A stretch of DNA of 64,000 nt from a virus. Within the stretch, counting starts at the first letter, position 1. Each line of letters opens with the position of its first letter. Under the pieces are notes generated by a model that saw only the letters and a list, made by a program, of their open reading frames with translations, did no database searches and was not told the origin of the DNA. The translations under genes were made by a program, and so were the position numbers. The stretch lies in IMG/VR virus record IMGVR_UViG_3300026538_000054, positions 32,001 to 96,000 of that record. One strand, written 5' to 3'. Shown here piece after piece: positions 44,569 through 53,837 of the stretch.

Positions 44569-45471
44569 ATGACTTTGAGACAATGGCTTGATGGCCAGGC
44601 CCTGTGGTCGATGTTCACGACGGCCGAGATCAGTGAGCGAAAACAGCGACTTCTGGTCTGTGTGCTGGCCCAAAAAGCGCTGCGAAAATATAAGGCTAAT
44701 GCGAGCAGAAAGGCCATCGAGACGTCTCTGCGTTACGCCGACGGCCTGGCTGACTCGGCAGAACTGTACCGAGCCTTTGTCGAGGCCAGGTCCCTTTGCA
44801 ACTCGACTTCGCTGCCGCTGTCTAGCTGCAAACTGCTCGCTATGCGCATAGCGGGCTGCTGCGCCAGCTTGTCCCTGACCCACTTTTTCAGTGACAACTG
44901 GTTGCCGGCTCAGGGCGACGTGGGCTGGGAGGCCCTGCGATGTGCCATGCGCGAGGTTGTCGAGGCGCCTTTCGCCCTGAGGCGACTGTGCATCTTCAAG
45001 CCGTCCAGGAGGCGCGCCGACAGGTTCCTGGCCTCGCTGGTGGAGAGGAATGAAACGACCCAGACGGCAGAGAAGCGCAAGAAAGGCGTGGCATCTTCCA
45101 CCCTGGTGGAAGAGAGGTGGAAGAAGGTCGACTGGCTCTCCAGGGCCGCGCTTGACATCGCCAGGTTGATCTACGAAGAAGACCGCTTCGAGGACCTGCC
45201 CATCCTTGCCGACGCCCTGGAAGACGCCGGCTGTACAGAGGAGCACCTGCTCATGCACCTGAGAGGCAAGTCGCAATGCCCCGCCTGTCTGGAGAGCCGC
45301 CAGGCCCTGGCGGCCATCGAGCAAGTGGCTGCGCAGGCACGGTCGAAAGGCGTCAGGACCAGTGGCGCCGGTCAGGTCTCTTGCAGCGAGTGCAACCAGG
45401 GCTGGCGGCCTCTTCAAGGCCCGCACTTCAAGGGCTGCTGGGCCCTTGATCTCATCCTCGGAAAGGAGTGA
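44569..45471 (+). CDS. Gemmata-type expanded family protein
   Basis: ERKQRLLVC, LPILADALEDAGC, HFKGCWALDLILGKE. Confidence 0.8.
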   Translation: MTLRQWLDGQALWSMFTTAEISERKQRLLVCVLAQKALRKYKANASRKAIETSLRYADGLADSAELYRAFVEARSLCNSTSLPLSSCKLLAMRIAGCCASLSLTHFFSDNWLPAQGDVGWEALRCAMREVVEAPFALRRLCIFKPSRRRADRFLASLVERNETTQTAEKRKKGVASSTLVEERWKKVDWLSRAALDIARLIYEEDRFEDLPILADALEDAGCTEEHLLMHLRGKSQCPACLESRQALAAIEQVAAQARSKGVRTSGAGQVSCSECNQGWRPLQGPHFKGCWALDLILGKE

Positions 45472-45725
45472 AACCGGTGGACAACACCAACCAGTCTGGA
45501 TCGCGGGAGCCCGCGGACGTGCTGCTCGAGGCGCTGAAGACGCCCGGTAAGACGAAGGTACGTTTCACGTTCGAGGCAGGCATATCTCGCGAGGCCATCA
45601 CCGAGCGGCTCGACGCGCTCAGAAAACTAGTCGAAAGCGTCGGCGGGACGATGACCGTGGAGAGCGTGGACTTTCCCGACGCCGAATGGGACGACGAATC
45701 GGCCGCTATGGAGGAGCACCCGTGA
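45468..45725 (+). CDS. Hypothetical protein
   Basis: Translational coupling. Confidence 0.5.
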   Translation: MKPVDNTNQSGSREPADVLLEALKTPGKTKVRFTFEAGISREAITERLDALRKLVESVGGTMTVESVDFPDAEWDDESAAMEEHP

Positions 45726-46339
45726 CGACGTTGCAAACCATCATTGATCTCCAGGCCGCTCACCGCGCCGTCCTGGAAGAGCCGTTCCGTGATGAGTGGC
45801 GACTCGCCTACGCCGACGCGCGAGAGGACATGGGCCTGGGCCTCGACGCCGAGTTTCTTCGCGACAGGGTGGCCGGCAAGCCCGATGATACCGAGGGCTA
45901 CTGGTTCGGGCCGGCCCTGCCCAACGAAGTGAAGGCGCACCAGATCTACAAGGGCTTCGTCTCTGGCGTGTCGCTGGCCTGCGGGGGCTTTCAGCGACAC
46001 GCCAGGGAGCTATTCTCCTCTCACCCGATCATCGGGGTCATCCTCACGGACAGACACGCCGGCCTAGTTGGCCTGGATGGCCATGACGATTTGTCCTACT
46101 TCTTAGACGAGGCCCGCTGGCCCACTTTGACTAGCAAGACCGACCGGTTGCCTCACGCCGTTTACGAGCTACTTGAGCCGGACCTGCTGACTCGCATCGG
46201 CAACAAGGGCTTTACGAGCCCGGAGAGGGCCAACAGGGCACTGAGCCAGGCCCTGGTACGCTACGGGCGAGGCCTGGTGCAACCGCCCCTGCCCGAGCTG
46301 GTGTTTCCCAAGCCCGAAGAAGAGGAGAAGGACCGATGA
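45722..46339 (+). CDS. TIGR02996-domain protein
   Basis: RAVLEEPFRDEWRLAYAD...KGFVSGV...HPI. Confidence 0.7.
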   Translation: MTTLQTIIDLQAAHRAVLEEPFRDEWRLAYADAREDMGLGLDAEFLRDRVAGKPDDTEGYWFGPALPNEVKAHQIYKGFVSGVSLACGGFQRHARELFSSHPIIGVILTDRHAGLVGLDGHDDLSYFLDEARWPTLTSKTDRLPHAVYELLEPDLLTRIGNKGFTSPERANRALSQALVRYGRGLVQPPLPELVFPKPEEEEKDR

Positions 46340-46842
46340 ACTGCCGCGTGAGGCTCACTGATGTCCAGGGTGATCGAGCTGGTTTCGCCGACCTGATCGG
46401 CAAGGAGGGGGCGCTTACCACCGTCGCCGAGGGCGTGTACTTGTCGCTCGACGGCGTGATCGGTTCCATGACTCTGCCGGCCCGGAGCATCGAGAAGGAC
46501 GACGAGAAAATCGTGGTCAAGACCCGACGGGACAACACCTTCGTCTTCGCCGTCGGCAAGGGCTTGCTCGCCGCGGCCCAGGCTGACAAGGCGCACAAAG
46601 AAGAGCACAAGGATAAGGCCGCGCCGGCCATGCCCGAGGAGAAGAAACCGCATCACGAAGAGATCAGGCCCTCCGAGCCAGAGAAGAAGGACGTGCCGGA
46701 GAGCATCACCCAGCCGATCGTCGAGCTGCCTCCTCCCGAGGAGAAGAAGGCGCAGCCGGAAGAGAGCAAGCCCGCGCAGGCGCCCAAGAAGGATGCCTCT
46801 ACGCCGCCGGCTACCGGCAAGCACGAGAGAAAAGGGAAGTGA
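46336..46842 (+). CDS. Hypothetical protein
   Basis: Coupled operon. Confidence 0.6.
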   Translation: MNCRVRLTDVQGDRAGFADLIGKEGALTTVAEGVYLSLDGVIGSMTLPARSIEKDDEKIVVKTRRDNTFVFAVGKGLLAAAQADKAHKEEHKDKAAPAMPEEKKPHHEEIRPSEPEKKDVPESITQPIVELPPPEEKKAQPEESKPAQAPKKDASTPPATGKHERKGK

Positions 46843-47261
46843 TGGCGAGCGAGGAGCGGGCGAACAAGCCGTTCTATCTGAGCGTGTTCCTGCGACCAGG
46901 GAAGTCACCCGAGGCCCCACAGCGATTGCATGTGCGTGTCGGCCTCACCTCCTGGGCCGGGGTAGATGATGCGGCGGGACGCGAGAACAGACTTCATGAA
47001 TGGACTTTCAGCCACGCTCATGCTCCCGCCCCCGATGCCCGAACCGTTGATGTTGTCGTGATCGCCCCGCAGTGCCGCGTCGAGCCTCTGTCCGCCCGGC
47101 TGCCCTGGCCTCCGGGGGAGGAGCAGTTCCGCGAGTTCTTCCTCACCCTCTTCCCCGAAGAGGTCGGCAAGCGGGACAGCCTCTGGGTTCGGGTGGAGCT
47201 GCTGACCCGGAATCGGGAGGTCGAGTCGGTGCAGGAAGAGTTCGCTCTGTCCGTAGGGTAG
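46839..47261 (+). CDS. Hypothetical protein
   Basis: Coupled operon. Confidence 0.55.
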   Translation: MMASEERANKPFYLSVFLRPGKSPEAPQRLHVRVGLTSWAGVDDAAGRENRLHEWTFSHAHAPAPDARTVDVVVIAPQCRVEPLSARLPWPPGEEQFREFFLTLFPEEVGKRDSLWVRVELLTRNREVESVQEEFALSVG

Positions 47262-47324
47262 TGGCCGCAAAATGGATGACTAACGCCCGGCCTAGACAAG
47301 AAGAGAGGCCACGACCATGAGCGA

Positions 47325-47361
47325 TTCGCAGCTTTTAGCCCGCTGCGTAGGGCTTGATCAC
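47325..47361 (-). repeat. Solitary CRISPR-like repeat antisense to operon
   Basis: Reverse complement GTGATCAAGCCCTACGCAGCGGGCTAAAAGCTGCGAA. Confidence 0.8.
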
Positions 47362-47415
47362 GTCTGCTAGCCCAGTGAAGCGCGCCGATTGGTCAAGTAG
47401 CGAGGGACAAGCACC

Positions 47416-47628
47416 ATGAGCGACAAAGCCTGGATCGTGTTGCGCTGTGAGATTTGTGATCGTGAAGAGGGCCCGATGACCAAGGCAGAGATGGTGACCT
47501 GCCGGAACGAAGGCTGGTCGGGCCTCGAGAGGGGATACTTCCCCGGCTGGTGGCCAAGACACATACCCATCACCTGGACGCATATGGGTGACTGCCCCGC
47601 GTGCGTCAAAGAGGCGAAAATAGCATGA
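47416..47628 (+). CDS. Small zinc-finger protein
   Basis: CEIC...CPAC. Confidence 0.6.
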   Translation: MSDKAWIVLRCEICDREEGPMTKAEMVTCRNEGWSGLERGYFPGWWPRHIPITWTHMGDCPACVKEAKIA

Positions 47629-47834
47629 CGATAGAAGAACGAGAGGCGTTTCTGGGCTGGCGAGCCAACGAGGCGCCGACGGAAGAGCAACTGCGCTACC
47701 TGGCCCGCAGGCTCTTAAACCATCTACCCATGAGCAGGGTCATGTCCTGCGACGTCGATGAGGCCGTCACGTTGCTCAAGGCCCTTCACGAACACGGTCG
47801 TTTGTGCGGCGCTGCTGAGTTCATGCGGCTGTGA
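47625..47834 (+). CDS. Hypothetical protein
   Basis: Coupled. Confidence 0.5.
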   Translation: MTIEEREAFLGWRANEAPTEEQLRYLARRLLNHLPMSRVMSCDVDEAVTLLKALHEHGRLCGAAEFMRL

Positions 47835-47912
47835 AGACGGGCGCAGTTTGATCCGGAAAAGAAACCAGGGGCCGGCTGCCGTGTAGCCTGGCCCTCTCAC
47901 CAGGATGAGGAG

Positions 47913-48224
47913 ATGAAACGACGACCTGTGGTGACGAGAGAGATCCTAGAGGGCTTGTGTCAAGCCTACGGCCGCATGGAGGCGGACGACCTGTCTGACC
48001 TGACCGATGAGCAGCAGGCCGCGTTCGAGGCGGCTGGGCGGTGGGTCAGTAAGATGTGGGAATTCATGCCACCTTCGGAACGGCGGGAGGAAGAAGCCGA
48101 GGCGCTGCTTGACCAGCAGCGCGCCAGCGGCCCCATCCAGGAAGCTCAGGAGCGGATGGCTAACCGTATCAAGGAGATACAGGCGGAGAAGAACCGGCAA
48201 GGGCCGTACCACTGGGAGGCGTGA
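47913..48224 (+). CDS. Hypothetical protein
   Basis: GAGGAG RBS. Confidence 0.6.
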   Translation: MKRRPVVTREILEGLCQAYGRMEADDLSDLTDEQQAAFEAAGRWVSKMWEFMPPSERREEEAEALLDQQRASGPIQEAQERMANRIKEIQAEKNRQGPYHWEA

Positions 48225-48282
48225 CTGACCCGCGACACCTGAGCGGCCCTCGCCCGGCCGCTCGTCTCTGAAAGATGATTGG

Positions 48283-48480
48283 ATGACGCCGGAACACCGT
48301 GACAATATTCGCGCCGCCAACAAGCGGCGCAGCAAGCACCTCTGTCAAAGCTGCGGCCAGCTCGTGACCGTTCGAGATGGATCGGAAGTTGGCGGCTTGC
48401 CTGGAGTCAAGTACCGCCAGTGCAACGGCTGTGGTGCGACCGTCGCCATTACCAGGCGGCCTCCTCGTCGCCTGCCGTAA
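48283..48480 (+). CDS. Small zinc-ribbon protein
   Basis: CQSC...CNGC. Confidence 0.55.
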   Translation: MTPEHRDNIRAANKRRSKHLCQSCGQLVTVRDGSEVGGLPGVKYRQCNGCGATVAITRRPPRRLP

Positions 48481-48521
48481 ACCGGCCCGGTTCGCCAGAC
48501 GGGCCATATAGAGGAGTGAGA

Positions 48522-48950
48522 ATGTCCGAGATGAAGCACACGGAAGAGCCTTGGGAATTGGTGTTGATGGAGGAGGGGCCGGTACTGATGGGTGGAGACG
48601 GCCAGCCAGTGCTGTACTCCATGCCGCAAAAGGCGCCGTACCGTCGCCCTCCAGAGGAGCGAGCCGCCAACATGCGTCGCATGGGCGTGTGCGTCAACGC
48701 CATGGTTGGTGTGCCCAACGAGGCGGTGGAAGAGGTGACGTGCAGACTGGGCGCCTTGATCCGACAGCGGGACGCGTTTTTGGCGATCGTAGCGGCCTAC
48801 GAGCAATGGGAGGCCGACCTGATCCAGTCGCAAGAAGCGTGGGCGGGAGGGCTGGCTCCGTTGCCGACCCTGACGCAGGAGTTGTTCGACCGCTTGCTGG
48901 AGATTCAGGCGTTGCGCAACGCCGCCATCGCCAGCGCGAACGGCAAGTAA
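48522..48950 (+). CDS. Phage hypothetical protein (HTxEPW...ANxRR...CVNA motif)
   Basis: Motif typical of small phage proteins. Confidence 0.6.
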   Translation: MSEMKHTEEPWELVLMEEGPVLMGGDGQPVLYSMPQKAPYRRPPEERAANMRRMGVCVNAMVGVPNEAVEEVTCRLGALIRQRDAFLAIVAAYEQWEADLIQSQEAWAGGLAPLPTLTQELFDRLLEIQALRNAAIASANGK

Positions 48951-48986
48951 CCAAGACAGAAGCACGGCCCTGGAGGGACCACGAAG

Positions 48987-49511
48987 ATGAACAACTGGGC
49001 CACCATCGACGACCCTTTGGACGAGGAAGAGCGCCGCGCCTTGCTAGCCGCCAAGGACCGCGGTCGTAAGCGCCTGAAGAGCGGCGTCATGGACATCCGT
49101 CCAGACCTGCACGCGGTCGCTCGCGGGGGCCTGGAGGCCGAGGTCCGCCGGCTGCAGCTCCTCGTCTTCCGTCTGCTCAGGGACAGGCCGCCCAGCCTTT
49201 CTCAGCCCGACGACGCACCCGAGCTGAAAACGCCATGCGCCCAGATGGAGCGGGCCTTGCTTGACGCCATGGCGTTTCTTTCCCGCTTGTCTGATGCCGA
49301 CGAGCTGTGCGACCGGATCATCGGTCTCCTGGAGCCGGGGGCGTGCGGTATCGACGGTTGTAAAGACCCAGCGGACCATCTGGTATGGGACCGGGTCAAG
49401 GAACAGGTAGTTCGTTGCTGCGACAGCCACTCCAACGAGATCCTCGACCAGGAAGGCCCGGAGTACTCCAGTTTCTGCCCCAACTGTGGTTGCGACATCC
49501 CTATCAACTGA
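48987..49511 (+). CDS. Cys-rich hypothetical protein
   Basis: C-terminal CPNCG. Confidence 0.55.
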   Translation: MNNWATIDDPLDEEERRALLAAKDRGRKRLKSGVMDIRPDLHAVARGGLEAEVRRLQLLVFRLLRDRPPSLSQPDDAPELKTPCAQMERALLDAMAFLSRLSDADELCDRIIGLLEPGACGIDGCKDPADHLVWDRVKEQVVRCCDSHSNEILDQEGPEYSSFCPNCGCDIPIN

Positions 49512-49594
49512 CTCCTGCTAACATCACGGGTTGTCAAGCCCGCCGCGGCGGGCCTGTTGCCGCGACCACCCGATGTGCCACGCGTGAGAACTTC

Positions 49595-52417
49595 ATGCCC
49601 CTTAACAGCACCGCCGGCCAGGCCCTCGTGAACGCCGTCCTCCCTGAGGAACTGCGCAACCACGAGCGCGCCCTGGACAAGAAGGGCATGGCCTCGCTCA
49701 TGAAGGAGGTGGCCAGGAAGCACCCTGAGCAGTACCGAGAGGTCCTCTTTCGCCTGGGGAAGCTAGGCCATCTCACCGCCTACCACACAGGGTCTCTCTC
49801 CTTTGGCCTGGAACACATGCGCACCGCGGTCAGCGCCAGAGACATGAAGAGAAAGCTGCGCCAGGAGATCGATCAGATCTATGACCACCGTTCTCTATCT
49901 CAAAAAGAGAAAGAACAGAAGATCGTTGAGCTGGTGAGCTCCTATCAAGCTCCTCTCGAGAAGGCCGTCTACGACGAGTCCCTTGCCGAGGGAAACCCTC
50001 TTGCTCTGCAAGTTCTCTCAGGGGCCAGGGGCAACAAGACCAACCTGCGCTCCCTGAGAGGCGCTGATCTTCTCTACGTAGACCACAAGGACCAGCCCGT
50101 CCCCATCCCTATCTTGCGATCCTACTCCGAGGGCCTGACCCCGGCTGACTACTATGCCGGCAGTTTCGGAGCGCGAAAGGGCGTCATTGACGTCAAGCAG
50201 GGCGTGGCTGATTCGGGCTTCGCCTCCAAGTTGCTCGTCCAGATGTCTCATCGCCTGGTGACCACCTCTCTGGATCATCCCGAGCCACCCTCTCGTATCA
50301 GGGGCCTGCCTGTTGACCTTGACGACCCTGACAACGAAGGTGCTCTCCTCGCCCATGACATAGGGCCGTTCAAGAGAAACACCGTCCTCACCCCTGACGT
50401 GCTTCACCGGCTCAAGCAAGAAGGCCACAAACACCTCCTTGTGAGATCGCCTACCGTCGGCGGCCCGCCTGACGGAGGAGTGTACGCCCGTGACGTTGGT
50501 ATCAGAGAGAAGGGCGTGATATCTCCCGTAGGAGATTTCGTCGGCATCGCCGCCGCACAGGCTCTCTGCCTAGCTGAAGGCACGTTGGTCACCCTGGCTG
50601 ATCTCACTTTCAAGCGCATCGAAGAGGTCGCTCCGGGAGACCTTATTCTGGCGGCCAACAGCAAGGGTGAGACCGCTTCGGCCAAGGTGAACAGACGTTT
50701 CCTTAACGGCCCCCGTGCGTGTTTACGTTACTTCTGGTCGAATCAGGAGCATTCTGTTCTTGCCACGAGCGAACACAAAGTGCTCAGGCCTGACAAGACC
50801 GTCAGGCCCTTCGACCAGACCTCCGTGGTCTTGCTTCATACGCCTCAAGGGCCTACTCCAGCCGCCCTGGATGAGCCTCTTCATCAAGAGCCAATCATCC
50901 TGCCCACCTATGACCTGGAGATCGACCACCCCGAGCATCTCTACGTGCTCAAGGGCGGCTTGATCGTGGCCAACTCTGAGCCTCTTACCCAGAGCACGCT
51001 GGGCAGCAAGCACTCGGGGGGCGTAGCTGGGGCCAAGAAATCAGGGCCTACGGGCTTCAAATTGCTCTCTTGCTTGGGAGAAGGCACGTTGGTGCGCATG
51101 GCCGACGTGCCTTCCAAGGAGATTGAGAAGATCAAGCCGGGTGACAGGGTCATCGGTGCGAACTTGGAGGGGGGATGGTTCCCCGTCCAGGTCAAGAACG
51201 TCTTTGACAACGGCCAGCGCCCTTGTCGCACGTTCACCTTTGAGTCGATGCTTGGTGAGGAGAGCCTCACTGCCACGGACGACCATCTCGTACTGGCTCA
51301 GGCGCCCTGCTACAAGATCGACAAGACCCTGGCTGACAAGGGCCTGAAACGGTTTGATGAGTGGGAAGGCGGCCTCAAGGTCTCGCTGGGAGAGATACGC
51401 ACGGCGCATAACTTGCCTCACCCGTTGGCGCCTGTGGGCTACAGGCCTGTGAAGGCCGCCAAGGAGCCTGGTTCTCCAGGCGTTCGTGTCGAGCTCCTCT
51501 ACGCCACCCCTGAGGTGCTTCTCCCTACCTACGACCTGGAGGTGGATCACCCTGACCACCTCTTCGTCCTGGCCAACGGCCTGGTGGTGAGCAACTCGCA
51601 GATTCAGGTTCCCAAGGCCTTCCCATCTGGAGCTTCTCACTCTCAAGAAGATGGCCGCGTGCAAGCCGTCTTCCCTGCGCCCCAGGGCGGTAACTACGTG
51701 CAGGTCAACGGCCACAAGCACTACGTGGCCCCTGGCTTCGACGTCCTGGTCAAGCCAGGCGATGAGGTTGAATCTGGCGATGTTCTCAGCGAGGGAGTAC
51801 CGAACCCTGCGGAAGTGGTGGCTCACAAGGGCGTTGGAGAAGGCAGGGCCTACTTCGTCCAGGCGTTCAGAGACTCGTTCAAGCGCTCAGGCCTGCAGGC
51901 GCATCGCCGGAACATCGAGCTGGTCGCCAGGGGCCTGATTGACCATGTCAGGCTTACCGAGGAGCATGGGCACTACTCCCCGGATGACGTAGTGCAGTAC
52001 TCCCGTCTGGAGAGGGACTGGCAGCCAAGAGACGGTGCCAAGGAAAAGGCCCCCAACGAGGCCATGGGGCACTACCTGGAAGCGCCGGTGCTGCACTACT
52101 CCATCGGGACGAAGATCAGGCCCAGCGTGGTGAAGCGCCTGTCTCAGTTCGGCGTCAAGAGCGTGTTGGTGCATCAGCAACCACCGCCTTTTGAGCCTGA
52201 AATGGTCAGGGGGATGGAGAACCTGACCCATGACCCCGACTGGATGACGAGATTTCTGGGGCCTTATGTGAAAAAGAACTTCCTGAAGGGCGTTGCCAGG
52301 GGTGACATCTCCGACGAGGCCGGAAGCAGCTACGTCCCTTCTCTGGCCAGGGGAGCGGACTTCAACCGTCTGCCGCCTGTCAAGGGCTTTGACCCCAGGT
52401 CTCTGGGCCAGCTCTAA
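49595..52417 (+). CDS. Phage RNA polymerase beta' C-terminal subunit (two mini-inteins)
   Basis: SGARGN, SYSEGLT...GARKG (bridge helix), VGIAAAQAL|SEPLTQ...KHSGG (trigger loop), HRRNIELVAR. Confidence 0.93.
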   Translation: MPLNSTAGQALVNAVLPEELRNHERALDKKGMASLMKEVARKHPEQYREVLFRLGKLGHLTAYHTGSLSFGLEHMRTAVSARDMKRKLRQEIDQIYDHRSLSQKEKEQKIVELVSSYQAPLEKAVYDESLAEGNPLALQVLSGARGNKTNLRSLRGADLLYVDHKDQPVPIPILRSYSEGLTPADYYAGSFGARKGVIDVKQGVADSGFASKLLVQMSHRLVTTSLDHPEPPSRIRGLPVDLDDPDNEGALLAHDIGPFKRNTVLTPDVLHRLKQEGHKHLLVRSPTVGGPPDGGVYARDVGIREKGVISPVGDFVGIAAAQALCLAEGTLVTLADLTFKRIEEVAPGDLILAANSKGETASAKVNRRFLNGPRACLRYFWSNQEHSVLATSEHKVLRPDKTVRPFDQTSVVLLHTPQGPTPAALDEPLHQEPIILPTYDLEIDHPEHLYVLKGGLIVANSEPLTQSTLGSKHSGGVAGAKKSGPTGFKLLSCLGEGTLVRMADVPSKEIEKIKPGDRVIGANLEGGWFPVQVKNVFDNGQRPCRTFTFESMLGEESLTATDDHLVLAQAPCYKIDKTLADKGLKRFDEWEGGLKVSLGEIRTAHNLPHPLAPVGYRPVKAAKEPGSPGVRVELLYATPEVLLPTYDLEVDHPDHLFVLANGLVVSNSQIQVPKAFPSGASHSQEDGRVQAVFPAPQGGNYVQVNGHKHYVAPGFDVLVKPGDEVESGDVLSEGVPNPAEVVAHKGVGEGRAYFVQAFRDSFKRSGLQAHRRNIELVARGLIDHVRLTEEHGHYSPDDVVQYSRLERDWQPRDGAKEKAPNEAMGHYLEAPVLHYSIGTKIRPSVVKRLSQFGVKSVLVHQQPPPFEPEMVRGMENLTHDPDWMTRFLGPYVKKNFLKGVARGDISDEAGSSYVPSLARGADFNRLPPVKGFDPRSLGQL
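50567..50974 (+). mobile_element. Mini-intein 1 (136 aa)
   Basis: CLAEGTLV...TSEHK...TYDLEID...LIVAN|S. Confidence 0.9.
51071..51595 (+). mobile_element. Mini-intein 2 (175 aa)
   Basis: CLGEGTLV...TDDHL...TYDLEVD...LVVSN|S. Confidence 0.9.
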
Positions 52418-52446
52418 GCCCTGCGCAGCGGGCTAAATGCTGCGAC
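52416..52446 (+). repeat. Solitary CRISPR-like repeat overlapping beta' stop codon
   Basis: T-AAGCCCTGCGCAGCGGGCTAAATGCTGCGAC. Confidence 0.85.
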
Positions 52447-52503
52447 TTTCCGATGTGCCGTGTCTACCCTTGTCTGTTGCGCTACAGCGCGGAGGAAATT
52501 GCG

Positions 52504-52860
52504 ATGGATGGCTTTGGCCTGGTTCTCGGGCATCTGCTGGGCGACTACATTTTTCAAAACGACTGGATGGCCGCCAACAAGACCTCCCGTTCGTTCCCGT
52601 GCGCCGTTCACTGCACGGCGTACACGCTGGCCGTATGGCTCTGCTCCTTCTGGTGGCTACCTATCTGGGCGCTTGCGGTCATCTGGCTAGCCCACTTCCC
52701 GCTCGACCGCTGGCGGCTGGCAAAGCTCTGGATGGAACGAGTTTCCGGGCAGACCAAGTTCGCTTCGGCACCAGGTCTGGCTCCCTGGTCCGTCATCGTG
52801 GTGGACAACACCATGCACCTGACCGTGCTGTTCTTGCTGGGCGTGTTCGTCCAGGGGTGA
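52504..52860 (+). CDS. DUF3307 membrane protein
   Basis: GHLLGDYIFQNDWMA...H...HFPLD...DNTMH. Confidence 0.85.
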   Translation: MDGFGLVLGHLLGDYIFQNDWMAANKTSRSFPCAVHCTAYTLAVWLCSFWWLPIWALAVIWLAHFPLDRWRLAKLWMERVSGQTKFASAPGLAPWSVIVVDNTMHLTVLFLLGVFVQG

Positions 52861-52868
52861 TTCGTCTG

Positions 52869-52898
52869 AGCCCTGCGCGGCGGGCTAAATGCCGCGAC
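52869..52898 (+). repeat. Solitary CRISPR-like repeat
   Basis: AGCCCTGCGCGGCGGGCTAAATGCCGCGAC. Confidence 0.85.
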
Positions 52899-53013
52899 TA
52901 GCCGAGCTGCCGCCCTGTACCAGGCCTCCGCAGCGGCCTTATTGCTGCGGCAGGATGTTGTGCAGGCAGTCGATGTGTCACGTCTCGCTCATCTTTCGCA
53001 CAAGGACACGACC

Positions 53014-53427
53014 ATGGACGATTTCCAGCAGTAACTCCGTCTGCAGGAGCAGCACTACCGACTGCTCCTGAACGGTGAGGAGCCCAGCACCGGGCCGGTT
53101 GAGGACCTCGAGGACCGGATGGATGCGTTGTGGGACAAGTTCACCGAGGAACAACGGAAGGCGGTCATGGCCCTGGATGGTAACGAGGGCCTTCCCGAGG
53201 TCATCCAGCAAGCGATCAACGCCTACAAGGCCTTGTACGACGCTGGCGGTGGTAGGGGCAACGACACGCCGAGGCCCAAGGTGCAGCAGGACTTCAGCCC
53301 TGCTCAGCTCGGCGATCTTGCCGAGCTGAGTTTGGCCTTTGACGACGCCCGCTGGGGCCTGGAGATGGCCCTTCTCGACAGGAGGCTCGCCAGCCTCAGT
53401 CTCAGCGACAGGAGCGAGGCCCAATGA
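53014..53427 (+). pseudogene. Hypothetical gene with early in-frame TAA (53032)
   Basis: ATG 53014 with AAGGA RBS is in frame with 53119..53427. Confidence 0.45.
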
Positions 53428-53792
53428 AAGAGATAGAAGACCTGATCTTCGACTGGATCGACACCGACCTGGCCTACCAGGCAGCCAGGTCGCGTGGTTA
53501 CACGAGAAGCCGGGACGACAAGAACTACGTGGCAATGCATCAGGCCCGCGCAGTTTGGGGGCGCGCCTGGCGTGCTCTTGCAATTCTTACGAAACCGCTC
53601 TACCCGAAGAGCCCTTTGGAGGAGTTGTTTGCGGACTACCAGGCCTTCAGGGAGCGCCACGGCTGCCAGATTGACCCGAAGGACATACCCGCCCCTTTCA
53701 GCCAGGAGCTGGCCGAGCTCAGGGAGCGCTGCAGCGTGGCGCTCCTAGCGCTTCGCGGGGCGTACCACAAGCAGTTCGACGAGAAGCGCTGA
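53424..53792 (+). CDS. Hypothetical protein, tandem paralogue A
   Basis: MKEIEDLIFD. Confidence 0.7.
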   Translation: MKEIEDLIFDWIDTDLAYQAARSRGYTRSRDDKNYVAMHQARAVWGRAWRALAILTKPLYPKSPLEELFADYQAFRERHGCQIDPKDIPAPFSQELAELRERCSVALLALRGAYHKQFDEKR

Positions 53793-53837
53793 AGACGCCC
53801 GTGGCGTACTCGAGGCTGCGTGCAGGAGCGAGGCCCA

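Noticed and set aside
49385-49594. N-terminal extension of beta' ORF (similarly 8982-9398 and 60325-60894)
   Set aside because: Overlaps upstream genes; homology and RBS favour the downstream starts.
749-52898. Repeats as integron attC sites
   Set aside because: No RYYYAAC/GTTRRRY ends, both orientations occur, covariation favours an RNA pseudoknot, and the integrase shows no obvious IntI-specific insertion.
53032-53034. Stop-codon reassignment
   Set aside because: TAA, TAG and TGA all terminate well-supported genes; an isolated lesion or sequencing error is more likely.
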